DNA of 60,647 bases, taken from NCBI GenBank assembly GCA_000388065.2, contig KB932203.1, one strand, 5' to 3'. The translations under genes and the position numbers were made by a program. The DNA is from Fonticula alba ATCC 38817. Its lineage: Eukaryota > Protista > Nucleariida. The notes under the pieces were generated by a model, which was not told the origin of the DNA, searched no databases, and saw only the letters and a list, made by a program, of their open reading frames with translations. Positions within the stretch are counted from its first letter, which is position 1. Every line of letters begins with the position of its first letter. Below are positions 24,180 through 35,662 of this stretch, in pieces.

Positions 24180-25501
24180 GGTGCGGAGAGTGGGGCAGGG
24201 GCAGAGAGAGAGAGAGAGAGCGCGGGAGAGAGAGAGAGAGAGAGAGCGGGAGATGAGCGGGACAGCAAGGGGGAGGGGGCTGCTGGCAGGGAAAGAGGCG
24301 GAGCTATTGTGGGGCAGAAAGGCGCCGCAGCCGAGGTAGGGCGCGCCTCCCCTTGAGGGAGGGGAGTCGGGGACAGTGACGCGCGGCATGGGCCGGGCGA
24401 TCTAGAAGTCGATCGGGCCCGAGGGCACCGCGCCTGGCAGGGACCCTGGCCGGGCGGCCGGGCGGCCGGGCGCACACCCATGCCCGCCTCAGCCGGCACA
24501 CTCGCGCGTGCCCGCATGCACCCAGCCCTGAGGGAGGGCAGGGGTGGCCCGCCAGACCATGGCCGATGGCCGGGTGTGATCGGCAGGGAAACCGTCCAGA
24601 CGGTTCTGCCTTTGGGAAAACGTACGGATTAACCGCCCGACACAGTGCAACCATGGCCCAGCGGCCTGCTTACCTCCTGCCTGCCTGCCGGCTTGACTGG
24701 GAGTGCAGGTGGTAGGGTAGGGAGCAAGATTCAGCAGGGGGGGGGGGGTGCCTCGGGCATCTGAACGCCCCCGAGCGAGACACATGCCCCCCCTGGGAAT
24801 GGGCATCTGGCGGCCAAGGAGCTGAGGCCGCGCGGTCGGCCAGTCCCTGCCAGCCTCGCCAGCCTGCGCCACATTCGCACACGCCGGGGGAGGGCCGACG
24901 GGGGATGCCTCTTGCAGCAGGCTGTGGCGTGGCAGGTTGTTTTCGGATGGACCTCCACCCGCGAGAAGCCTGTTTGTGCGCACATCCATACCATATATGT
25001 CGTGAATATTGCCTGGTCCAATACCGATGCTTTCACGTTTTTTTCTCAGCCTACCCCTTCCAGGTGCGCGATCGTGGTCCCCGCACCCCCCCCCCCCCCC
25101 ATATGGTAGTCCCCCGGTCCAGGCACCCTCTCCCGCCTCCCAGCGTGGCGATGTTGGCACTTTCCGCACCAGGGGGGCACAGAGGGGGGCGCCAGGGCGG
25201 CTCATGGAAGCCCACGCACTCCCCGGCAGACCGACGGTACCCTGCCAGACGGGCGAGTCACCGAGGGCGCCGGCGGCGTGGCAGGGGAGCATCCTCCCGC
25301 CAGCTTGGCGTGCTAGGCGTTCGCCACGGAGCATCTGCCGACAGTCACGTGTACAGAAAACGGAAGCAATCACGCGCTCCAGCTATCTGGTGTGATCGTC
25401 ATCCAACGCCCGTCGATGGGGGACCCCGAGAGCCAACACGGGTGGCGAGAGGGAACTGGGGTTTTATTTTCGGAGCAGGCTGTGCTTTGCACCCCCCCCC
25501 C

Positions 25502-25867
25502 NNNNNNNNNNNNNNNNNNNNNNNNNNNNNNNNNNNNNNNNNNNNNNNNNNNNNNNNNNNNNNNNNNNNNNNNNNNNNNNNNNNNNNNNNNNNNNNNNNN
25601 NNNNNNNNNNNNNNNNNNNNNNNNNNNNNNNNNNNNNNNNNNNNNNNNNNNNNNNNNNNNNNNNNNNNNNNNNNNNNNNNNNNNNNNNNNNNNNNNNNNN
25701 NNNNNNNNNNNNNNNNNNNNNNNNNNNNNNNNNNNNNNNNNNNNNNNNNNNNNNNNNNNNNNNNNNNNNNNNNNNNNNNNNNNNNNNNNNNNNNNNNNNN
25801 NNNNNNNNNNNNNNNNNNNNNNNNNNNNNNNNNNNNNNNNNNNNNNNNNNNNNNNNNNNNNNNNNNN
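25502..25867. other. Assembly gap (N). Other gaps: 588-632, 4036-4110, 8843-8852, 30208-30880, 34266-34285, 43750-44459, 47642-47681, 51785-51794, 59732-59741
   Basis: Runs of N. Most are bounded by C/G homopolymers or microsatellites. Confidence 0.99.
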
Positions 25868-25972
25868 GGGCGGGGGTGCAATGCGCCGCAAGTGGGAAAG
25901 GACAGAGAAGGGATGGAAGTGCGACACCCAGGGGGGGGGGGGCTTGACTTCCGCTCGTTCGGGGGGTGCCGC

Positions 25973-27372
25973 TTACTTACGCGAGGCCTTGCCGGCGGCC
26001 GTCTTGTTGGCGTGGCTGCGAGCGGCGGCCGGGACCCAGTCGGCATCCACCTTCGGGGCGACTGGAGCAGTGACAACGGGGGAGGTCTCCTTGGGAGCCT
26101 GGGGGTGCAAGGCAGAAGCCCATGTTAGAGGAAGGGGGGGGGGGGGGCGAGGAGATCGTGTACGTGTACGTGTACGTGTACGTGTACGTGTGTGTGCGCA
26201 CCTTCTTGAGGTTGTCCTTGGTGAAGTAGTAAGCAACACCGCCGATGGCCGCCAGAATGAGGGCGTAGATCGACAGAGACTGCAGATCGAAGGCCGAGTG
26301 GCTGGTCGGCTCGACGAAGGAAACAGTCTGGTTGAAGGCAGGCAGGGTGTAGAGCTGGCCGGCCTATGTGTGCACGCCAGCGGTGCCAGGCCGGGGGAGG
26401 AGAGAAAGGAGGAGAGGAGGCCCATGTCAGCAAAGCGCCACTCTCCAAAGGGGTGGCACCATGGGAGAAGAGAGGCACGCGTACCTCGTCCGAGAAAGAA
26501 ACCTCCACGGTCAGAATGTGATCAATCGGCTGGAAGACCGACGGCAGGAACCAGCGGTAGTGGACGGTGGCCTGCTCGCCAGGGGCGATGCTCATGTCAT
26601 ACTTGTAGGTGTCGAGCTGCGGCGTGCCAGAAGGTCAGCGGTGTGTGCCCGGGAGAGACGCGCGATGACACGCCAAGCCGAGAGAAGGGCGCGTGGGCGG
26701 GGAAAGGGAAGGGCAGACGGGGAGCCCCCGCGGCCCTCCAGGCGAGCACGCACCTCCTTGCTGACAGTGGCATAGGACTTGGGGCTGTGGAGGTTGGCCC
26801 CGATCGAGTGGATCTGGTAGGCCTTGGACCCGGCGTTCTCCAGGCCGATGAGGACGTTGGCGAAGTCATTGGAGGCGAAGGCTGGAGTGGCGGGAGGCGA
26901 GGCGACGCATGTCAGAGGCACGGGGGAAAGACACACTGCCGGATATCAGGCCCCCCTTCAAAGGGAGGGAGGGGAGGGGGCCGGGAGGGGATCCAGTGCG
27001 AACCATTGAAGGGGGCATCCGGGAGGATATGCTTGATGTTCAGGGCAGGAGGGGCGGGCAGGGGGCTGTCGGAGGCCGCGGCCTTGGCCAGGTTATCAAT
27101 CAGGGCCTTCATCTCTTCCGGGTCGGTGGGGATTTCCTTGTTGCCGAGGACGATGGTCTCCGAATCGTCGATGGTGACGGAGGCCTGGGCCTCGTCGCTC
27201 CGAGCCGAGGCGGCCATGGCGACTATTGGGTCATGCAAGCGGAACATGTCAGGGTACAAGGGGGGCAGCGAGCGATCTTGCGCGAGCGGCGGCCGGTGAA
27301 GAAAGGGCAGGGATGGGGCATACCGAGCGCGAAGATGACGAGCAGAAGCGAATAGATGGGGGAGCGGGCCAT
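25973..27372 (-). CDS. SSR1: Translocon-associated protein subunit alpha (TRAP-alpha). Exons 27372-27324, 27222-27004, 26881-26754, 26616-26485, 26363-26202, 26098-25973
   Basis: The spliced product has a signal peptide MARSPIYSLLLVIFALVAMAAS, a luminal domain with NVLIGLENAG..Y.I..IGANLHSP, FNQTVSFVEP..FDLQSLSIYALILAAIGGVAYYF (TM helix), and a C-terminal DADWVP..H motif. The five introns are phase-consistent. Confidence 0.88.
26158..26190. repeat. (GTGTAC)5 hexamer repeat in the last SSR1 intron
   Basis: Read directly; perfectly alternating purine-pyrimidine. Confidence 0.9.
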
Positions 27373-28250
27373 GGCTACACAGGAAAGAAGGGGGCAGCGA
27401 GCGATCAGGGGCGAAAGCAAACGCGCAGCGGAAAGAGGGACAAGAGGGGGGGGGGAGGGGAGAAGGAGGGTGGTGTCAGGAGTTGGTGGGCCCATCCTCC
27501 GCGATGGGGTGCCTCTCGTGCTGATTCCCTCGGCGGGTGGTGCCCTGACGCGGGGGCAGAGACTCGCGCCGCCTGTTCGCCCCGCACGTCCGTCCCTGCA
27601 TGCATGCCCGGCCCCTCGCCCTTGGAGCGGGCGTGTGGAGGCCACAAGAACAGCCAGCGTACGCCCGGGAAGACGGGCCGTTTTTTGCGCAGGACAACGT
27701 CCCTCCAAGGGCCCCGGAGGTGGGGGGGGGGGGGGGCAACGTCGACTAGCATACACGCCCCGCCCCCCCCCCTTCTCCCCGTCCTCGACTGCTGGCTCTG
27801 CCAGCCGCGGCTGCCCCGCCCCCCTCCGCTGAACGGCCGGACCTAAAGGCACTTGAGGATGCGCACGTGAATGCACATCCGTTGGCATGATTTCCCTTTG
27901 GGGCATCGCGCTCTGCCGACGCACCGGCTTACTTTTTTGCGCGCATGCCCCACACCTGGCCGCCGCGAGCGACCGGCGGCGGGACGCGATCTGGCTCATC
28001 AGCCACCCGAGGACCCCTTGGATGACGAAACGTGGGCGGCACTCCCCCCCCTCCCCCCCCAACCTCCCCCCCTCCCTGCCCCTTCTCCCCCCTCCCCTTT
28101 GCTCCTCCCCTCGCCCTCCCTTATCCCCTGCGTCCTACAGCACGGGAGCAACAGCAGCACCACCACCAGTAGCAGACCGCCTCGAACGGCTCATAGGCGC
28201 CCCCTCCCCCTCCCTCGCCCGTTTGTCCCCTCGCCCTTTCCTACCGCACG

Positions 28251-30167
28251 ATGACCTCCCCCGCCGCCTTCCCGCGGTTGCTGTCGCACCTGAAGTCGCG
28301 CGGGTTCCTCTTCCCCTCGGCGCCCCTGTACAATGGTCTGGCCGGCGTGTACGACTTCGGGCCCCTGGGCACGCTGCTGAAGAACAACATCCGGGATCGC
28401 TGGTGGCGGGACCTGGTGGTCAGCCGGCCGGATGTCCAGCCGCTGGACAGCGCCATCCTCACGCACCGAAGCACCCTCCGGGCATCCGGCCATTTGGACA
28501 ACTTCACGGACCCGATGTGTGAAGCGGCCCTGAGTGGGGCCCGCTTCCGCAGTGACAAGTCCGCGCCGGTGGCGGTGACTCGCTGCGAGCGCACCGCGCG
28601 CGATGTGATCGAGATCCGCCCGGGGGCCGGGGATGGCGATGCCCCGGGCGGCCGGGCCCCGGATTCCCGGCTTGCCGCCGCCTGGGCCGAGCAGATCCGC
28701 CAGCAGCTGGCGCCCGGAGCGCGGGTGGATGTCCGCGGCGGAACCATCACCCTTTACCCGGTGACCGTGGCCGATGGTCACTTGGTGCTGGAGGCCGCCA
28801 CCGAGGCCGAGAGCGCCATCAAGGTCCCCTACTTCGGGGTGGCCGAGCCCGGCACCAACAGCCCCTTCCTGCGGGGCGCGCCGCGGCCCTTCAACCTGAT
28901 GTTCCGCACGTCACTCGGCGCGGTGGACCCACTGGGCGAGGTGCAGACCCTGCTCGGGGCCCTGGACCGTGGGGCCTCGCCTCCGGCCGGGTCGTCCACC
29001 GCCGGGGACATTCTCCGGACGCTGGATCAGTCGACGGTGTACCTGCGACCGGAAACGGCGCAGGGGATCTTCCAGCAATTCCCGAATGTCTGTGCCAGCC
29101 AGGGCGCCGGTGTCAAGCTGCCCTTTGGCATTGCACAGGTGGGCAAGGCCTTCCGGAATGAGATCCGCACCGAGCAGTCCATCTTCCGGACGGCCGAATT
29201 CGAGCAGCTGGAGATGGAGTGGTTCTGCCACCCGGCCGATGGGCCGGCTTGGTACCGGTACTGGCGCGATGAGCGCACTGCTTGGTGGCGACGCCTGCTG
29301 GCCAACCGGCCGGAGGACATCCGCGTGAATGAGGCCCTGCGGGAGGCTGGCGGCGCGGAGGCCGCCGGGCTGGCACATTACGCCCAGGCATGTGCCGACA
29401 TCGAGTATCGCTTCCCCTGGGGCTGGGACGAGCTGGAAGGGGTGGCCGATCGGGGGACCTTCGATCTGGACAGTCACCAGGCAGCCAGTGGCCAGGACCT
29501 TGCGGTCACGCCGCATGTGGTGTCCCATGCCGGGCCGGACTTCCAGCCCTTCGTACCGCGGGTGATCGAGCCCTCGGCCGGGCTGTCGCGCGCGGTTTTG
29601 GCGGTCCTGTGTGATGCATACACCGAGGTGGTGGACCCCGGCACCGGGGCCGAGGGCTCTGGCGGCAAGGCTCGTCGGCCGGACCCCCGGGTGGTCCTCC
29701 GCCTGCATCCATCCGTGGCCCCGATCAAGGCGGCCGTGCTGCCGGTGGTCCGGCGGCCGGAGTTGGTTCGCCGGGCGCGTGCCATCGCCGCGCACCTGCG
29801 CCGTGCCGGGCTCCTGGTCCAGGTGGACGTGGCCCGGTCCATCGGCCGGCGGTATGTGCGACAGGATGCCATCGGCACGCCCTGGTGCATCACCATTGAC
29901 CGGGAGACCGTCGAGTCGGATGGCGGCCGCGAGTGGCCCGGCGCGCGTCCGGGCGACCTCGGCACCGAGGAGGGTGTCCCGATCCCGGGCCCCGGGGCCC
30001 CGAGCCCGGGCCTGCCTGAGCCCGACTGGGGCGCCCTGCAGCCCGGGGCCACGGTCACCCTGCGGAACCGAGACACCGGCGAGCAGACGCGCGTGGCCGT
30101 GCGCGATCTAGTTTCGCTGGTGGCTCGCGGGACCGGCATCCCCGTGTACTTGGATGAGGTGGACTGA
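28251..30167 (+). CDS. glyQS: Intronless glycyl-tRNA synthetase of bacterial alpha2 (homodimeric, GlyQS) type
   Basis: Motifs include RGFLFPS..LYNGLAGVYDFGPLG..LKNNI, SGHLDNFTDPM, FNLMF, YLRPETAQGIF, LPFGIAQVGKAFRNEI, FRTAEFEQLEMEWF, LAHYA...DIEYRFPWGWDELEGVADRGTFDL, VIEPSAGLSR and an anticodon domain PIKAAVLP...SIGRRYVRQDAIGTPWCITID. Confidence 0.95.
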   Translation: MTSPAAFPRLLSHLKSRGFLFPSAPLYNGLAGVYDFGPLGTLLKNNIRDRWWRDLVVSRPDVQPLDSAILTHRSTLRASGHLDNFTDPMCEAALSGARFRSDKSAPVAVTRCERTARDVIEIRPGAGDGDAPGGRAPDSRLAAAWAEQIRQQLAPGARVDVRGGTITLYPVTVADGHLVLEAATEAESAIKVPYFGVAEPGTNSPFLRGAPRPFNLMFRTSLGAVDPLGEVQTLLGALDRGASPPAGSSTAGDILRTLDQSTVYLRPETAQGIFQQFPNVCASQGAGVKLPFGIAQVGKAFRNEIRTEQSIFRTAEFEQLEMEWFCHPADGPAWYRYWRDERTAWWRRLLANRPEDIRVNEALREAGGAEAAGLAHYAQACADIEYRFPWGWDELEGVADRGTFDLDSHQAASGQDLAVTPHVVSHAGPDFQPFVPRVIEPSAGLSRAVLAVLCDAYTEVVDPGTGAEGSGGKARRPDPRVVLRLHPSVAPIKAAVLPVVRRPELVRRARAIAAHLRRAGLLVQVDVARSIGRRYVRQDAIGTPWCITIDRETVESDGGREWPGARPGDLGTEEGVPIPGPGAPSPGLPEPDWGALQPGATVTLRNRDTGEQTRVAVRDLVSLVARGTGIPVYLDEVD

Positions 30168-31627
30168 GCGAGTGCGTGCGTGCGTGTGTGTGTGTGTGTG
30201 TGTGTGTNNNNNNNNNNNNNNNNNNNNNNNNNNNNNNNNNNNNNNNNNNNNNNNNNNNNNNNNNNNNNNNNNNNNNNNNNNNNNNNNNNNNNNNNNNNNN
30301 NNNNNNNNNNNNNNNNNNNNNNNNNNNNNNNNNNNNNNNNNNNNNNNNNNNNNNNNNNNNNNNNNNNNNNNNNNNNNNNNNNNNNNNNNNNNNNNNNNNN
30401 NNNNNNNNNNNNNNNNNNNNNNNNNNNNNNNNNNNNNNNNNNNNNNNNNNNNNNNNNNNNNNNNNNNNNNNNNNNNNNNNNNNNNNNNNNNNNNNNNNNN
30501 NNNNNNNNNNNNNNNNNNNNNNNNNNNNNNNNNNNNNNNNNNNNNNNNNNNNNNNNNNNNNNNNNNNNNNNNNNNNNNNNNNNNNNNNNNNNNNNNNNNN
30601 NNNNNNNNNNNNNNNNNNNNNNNNNNNNNNNNNNNNNNNNNNNNNNNNNNNNNNNNNNNNNNNNNNNNNNNNNNNNNNNNNNNNNNNNNNNNNNNNNNNN
30701 NNNNNNNNNNNNNNNNNNNNNNNNNNNNNNNNNNNNNNNNNNNNNNNNNNNNNNNNNNNNNNNNNNNNNNNNNNNNNNNNNNNNNNNNNNNNNNNNNNNN
30801 NNNNNNNNNNNNNNNNNNNNNNNNNNNNNNNNNNNNNNNNNNNNNNNNNNNNNNNNNNNNNNNNNNNNNNNNNNNNNNNNGGGGGGGGAGAGAAAAAACC
30901 CCTGCGACATGGGGCGTGGTTGACGAATGCCGAAAAAGGCACAGGAGAAGCCGAGGAGGAGGGAGGAGGGGACCCCGCAACAAAGGAAAATGCCGGCCCG
31001 GCCTCCTCTCCCCGCATCCACCCGCGCTCGCCTCTCTCTCCCTCTCTCTCGGTTCCCTGAGAGACCAAAGGTATTCGATTGATAAAAATGGAAAAGTGAA
31101 GGGGGGGGAGAGGAAAAGGGGAAATGAGAGTATATCTGATTCCGACAGCTTCATGTGGACTCGCTACGCCGGTGCCCAGCATACTCCGCCTGACGGGCGT
31201 CGCTCTTACCTCCAACAGGGCCAGTGCGGGAAGCACCGGGAAAATCCGCGGCCAGGGATGGACTGCCCCGGCCGGGACATTCGTTAGGGTGTGATGACTT
31301 ACGCACGACGGTGACTTGCCGGCCGGAAGGCCATCACTTGAAGGGCAGGACCAGCCCCCGCAGCGGGGAGAAGCAATTTGGCCTCCTCAGAATATCACGC
31401 GGACAAGAGCACATTAACCGGCTCTTAACTCGACTCCGGGATGGGGTTGTGGGGTTTCTAGGTGTATTGGGGTGTTTGTTTTTTATGGGAAATTGCCCGT
31501 CGGGTTCCCCCCCCCCCCCCCCCCCCTGCCTCCCTCGCGCCCATTGGGAGGGACGGCGAAGGTGGCAGAATGCATCCTGTGGCGAGACCAAGCGGGCGAG
31601 TCCGCCCTGGGCGCCGGCCTTTGCACA

Positions 31628-32709
31628 CTAATACGAGTAGTGCGAGGAGGTTGGCGCGCCGGCCGGCCCATAGACCACATGCTCCAGGGGACGGAACTTC
31701 TCGCCTACGGGCGTAAGGGGGATGGGTCAGAACACCGGGTGGTCGGTGGGCGGGGCACGGGGGCGTGGAGGAGCGAGATAGATAGAGAGATAGAGAGAAA
31801 GACAGAGGAAAGTAAACGCACGTCTCCCGGTGCCACCATCGGCCGTGTACTCCTGGTACCAAATCTCCAGCTGCTCTGCAACTGTAACAGGGATCCAGTA
31901 CTCCTGTGTGTGTGTGAGTGTGTGTGAGGGGGGGGGGGAGGGGCGCAGTTGGAACATGGTCAGCCAGCCTGATTTTGAATGGAGGGGCGAGGAGGTGAAG
32001 GCAGCGGAGCACCACATGGCGCACCTGCTTCCGAGACTGGGGATGGGAGTTCTTCAACAAGTACTCGGTAATCTGAAGTTACACCAGAGAGAGAGAGAGA
32101 GGGGAAAAGAGAGAAAGCGAACGGTGAGCATCAGCCTCCAGCGGTCTTCGGTCTTCTCGCGGCCATTCGAGGCAAGCAGCAGGGAAGGGATCATAGATGG
32201 GGGGAGGGGGCCATTTCGACGCACATCGACCGCGGTGATATCCTGCTCGAAGGCCGCCTTGGCCGAGGCATACTCGATTTGGTATACAAGCAGGCCATCG
32301 AACGAGTGCTTGGGTGTGGCGAAGTGGGACAGCAAACTGGCCTGGAGAGGGGAGGCTACGGCGTGGTTGGCGGGACGTGTCAGCCAGAGTGCGTGCATGT
32401 AGGGCGGCCCGGGACCGCGCGACGAGGAGCGACACTGTTCGAGGACGCGGTCGGGTCGTACAGGTGAAGGCGTAGAGGCGGAAGTTGGATTCAACGATGA
32501 TGAAGCCCTCGGCGTCGCCGGTCGCCTCGCTGGCATCCTCGCCCAGACCGGATCCAAGCAATGTCGATGCCAGCGGTGTGGGGAAGAAGTAGTTGTTGCA
32601 ATAATCCTCATCCTCGCCCTGGGCCTGGGATGTTGAGCGGCATGGCGGTGAGTGCGCGCCTGTCAGGGAGGCAAGGGCATTGGGGAGCGATGGCGGGGAA
32701 GGTGCACGG

Positions 32710-32740
<31 letters not shown>

Positions 32741-35179
32741 GCAGGGCGAGGAAAGAAGGAAAGAGACAGAGGGCCCAATCGAGGGGGCTGACGCACGACA
32801 TAGTAGACCAGGCCCAGCTGATGGAGATCCGACAGGATGATATTCTGCGAGGTGGTCAGTTGGTCGCAGGAGTATATCTGCGCCAGGGAGGGGGGGAAGG
32901 TCGCGCGGGCTTGCTGTCAGTACATGGACCCACCGTGGCGAGAGGAGGCGCAGGAGGCGAAGAGGAGAGGATCAAAGGCGGAGGGGGGGGGGGGGGAACA
33001 AACAAACACGCACCCGGCCGACTGTCATATAGGCCAGCTGGACGAAGAGAGTCAGGACGTCCTCGAAGATGTGACCACATGGCTTCCGAGGGGTGGGGCG
33101 CGCGAGAGCGCAGAGGGAGTTAGTATCTGTCCTTGGAGAAGACCGGCAGCCGAGCAAAAGAGGCAGGGACACACCGGGGCCAGTTGAGTGTACTTGATCA
33201 GCAGCGTCCACAGCTGGCGGTTGCGATCCTGCAGAAGGAACTTGAATCCGCGCCGGGTGATGCGCAGGGAGCCGGTCGAGCTGCCGAGAGAAGGGGGGAG
33301 GGGGGAGGGGGCGAGAAAAGGTCAGTGCCATGCGCATGACGGGCACGGATGTGTCGCGAGCACACATGCAAGCGCAAGTGCCCAGGGGCGCGATGAGCCG
33401 GCAAGCCCGGCCGGTTGGCGTACTCTCGCTGGAGCAGTTGACACTTGTCCAGGAGCTCGCTGATGAGAGGCGGGGTCAGCTGGTCGTCAGCCTTCGGATC
33501 GGAGCCAGAGGTCCCGCCCTCGGTCCATTGCATGCCAGACATATAGCCGGACGCCTCGACCAGGTGTCGAAGGGCCACGGCCCAGCGGGAGCGCGCGTGC
33601 TGTGCCAATGTCCGCCGGGTAACCATGGCGAACAGGGGATGGATATCGGCCCGCTGACGCTCCTGCGCCTGGATGGCCGCGCGCTCGTGGTCCGACATGC
33701 CGGGCTCCACGACCGGCGGATCGTGCAGGGGAAGCAACGGCCCGGGACGGGCACTGATAAACCGAGCGCTGGATGGGAACCCCGTGCCAAAGGCGACAGC
33801 AGGGCGGGCGGTCAATTGGAGGCGGCAGGAGGGGGAGGGGGGGGGGGGGGGGGGGCGGGGGGAAGGCACAAGGAGATGGGCGAAGACAAAGGCCATGTGG
33901 ATTGGGGAATGTGAACGCGCACGCTTCCTCATGGCCGCTCGGGCGGGCAGCCCCGGACAGATCTCCCCAGGTGGAGATCAGTTGCTGGCGGAAGTTGGCA
34001 CGGACCGTGTACAGGCGGTCCGGCAGCTCCGGCTCAACGGGGGGGCGCATGTGAGAGTCCAATTCGGCATTCAGCCGGGCGGCCGTGGTGGCCGGATGGG
34101 TAATGAGCCGGGCCTTGCGCCGGAGGCGGTTTTGCAGCTTCTGCATCTGGTGAAAGAGCTCCGGGTGCTGGGACGCCAGTGGCAGCGGTGGATCTGCAAT
34201 GATCACCGACAGTCGGACCAGACGTGCCAGCTCCTGGCGCACAGCCCTTGAGCCCGAGGCGGGGGNNNNNNNNNNNNNNNNNNNNGGGGGGGGGGGGCAG
34301 GATGGTTTCCCGCGGGTCAGCATCAGTCCCGAGGCGCCACCGGCTCCGGGAATGGGGCGTATCGCGAGGAGAAGGGGAGAAGGCAGGAAAGCACGAGGCA
34401 ACGCACTCGCGCGACTCCAGGCGGAACCAGGACAGCACATCGGCCTCCTGCACGCCCGCATGGTACAAGGGCATGCCCGAGCCCGACATGGCCCCGGGGT
34501 CCTGATCGCGAGACGAGCCATCCAGCAGCATCAGCCGGATGAGGACCACCTGCGCCAGAGAGGGAAGTGCATGTAGGATCGCCAGGCAGGGAGCTGGCTG
34601 GGAGTAAAGCGCTCCGAAGGGCAGATCGTCGGCTGCTTGTCCGGCCTCCGGCGAGGCCGGGTCGGACAGGGAATCGCTGATCAACTTCAAGGGGCTGGCG
34701 TCGGGAATGGACGACCCGGTGTTGGAGGCGCTCCTGGCTGCCGAGCGCCGGAGCTGCGACACGACCCCCTCGGCCGCGGAGGCCGCCCGGCTGCAGGCAA
34801 CCGAGGCGATCCCCGCGATCAGATGCGCCTCGCGACGGCCGATGTCATCGGTGGTGGCGGTGGCAATGAACCGGTGAACATCGTTGGCGGTGCCTTGCGC
34901 GGCTGCGGCCGCGGCGACGGCCGAAGGCTCCAGCGTTTCCAGATAGGCAAAGAGATTGTTCGGAGCCTCGCTGTTGAGGACCAGCGGGGGGGCCGCCCCG
35001 GGACCAGCCCCGAGGACCAGCCCTCCGCTGCCGCTTTGCTGCTGGGGAGGTGCCACGCCCTGCGACTGGGAACCCGTCGACCGGGGGTCGTCAGACATCA
35101 TGCTCGAGGTGGCCGCGTGAGAATGGTGGTGAAGAGAGCTTCCGGCCGTGTGGTCCATGCCGATGACGTGGGTTGTCAT
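31628..35179 (-). CDS. GTF2H4: TFIIH subunit p52/Tfb2. Exons 35179-34407, 34246-33923, 33768-33424, 33280-33175, 33082-33014, 32877-32797, 32624-32462, 32355-32225, 32072-32025, 31903-31822, 31704-31628
   Basis: Motifs include LYSQPAPCLAILHALPSLAQVVLIRL, ITRRGFKFLLQDRNRQLWTLL.KY, LFVQLAYMTVG, LHQLGLVYY, FFPTPLA, GFIIVESNFRLYAFT, LQASLLSHF, YLLKNSHP and IPVTVAEQLEIWYQE. Ten introns are phase-consistent; intron 1 spans N-gap 34266-34285. The last exon is less certain. Confidence 0.9.
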
Positions 35180-35640
35180 CGGGCGACTGCGCGTGTGGAT
35201 AGGCAGAAGGGGGAGGGGGGAAGGGCGGAGGGGGAGAAGGGCAGAAAGAGGGAGGTGGACAAATGCGTGTGCCTAGGAGGGCCAGGGGGGAGGGGGGGGG
35301 GGGGGGGAGGAGGGGAGTCGGTGAGGCAGTAGGGGCCAATATGGCCAAGACTCGCGGACCGCCCCAGCGCCCATGCTCTTCGGGCTTTTCCCCGGGGAGA
35401 AAGCCCCCAACAGGGCTAGTTCGGACCACCCTGAGTGCCGGTCCGAGGGGCACATCGGCACAGTAAGGGGCCGCGCAAGCGCGGACGCGGCGGGCGGTCG
35501 GGAAGATCTCCTGTTCGTGGGCACCAGGTCTTACTTGATCGGTGGCAGGTGGGCCCGGGGGTTCCGATCACATGCGGCCATTCAAAATGCATTCTGGAGT
35601 CGTGCCCCTTCTTGCCGGGGCTTCGATGCGGGCAGGCGGG

Positions 35641-35662
35641 CGCGCGCGCGCGCGCGCGCGCG
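35641..35662. repeat. (CG)11 alternating purine-pyrimidine tract in the GTF2H4/CORO7 divergent intergenic region
   Basis: Read directly from the sequence. Confidence 0.95.

Noticed and set aside
16616-30167. Apparent mitochondrial/lipid gene cluster (RCC1L, PGS1, CRAL-TRIO, GlyRS)
   Set aside because: Mixed orientations, interleaved SSR1 and unrelated pathways. This is compatible with chance in a gene-dense eukaryotic genome.
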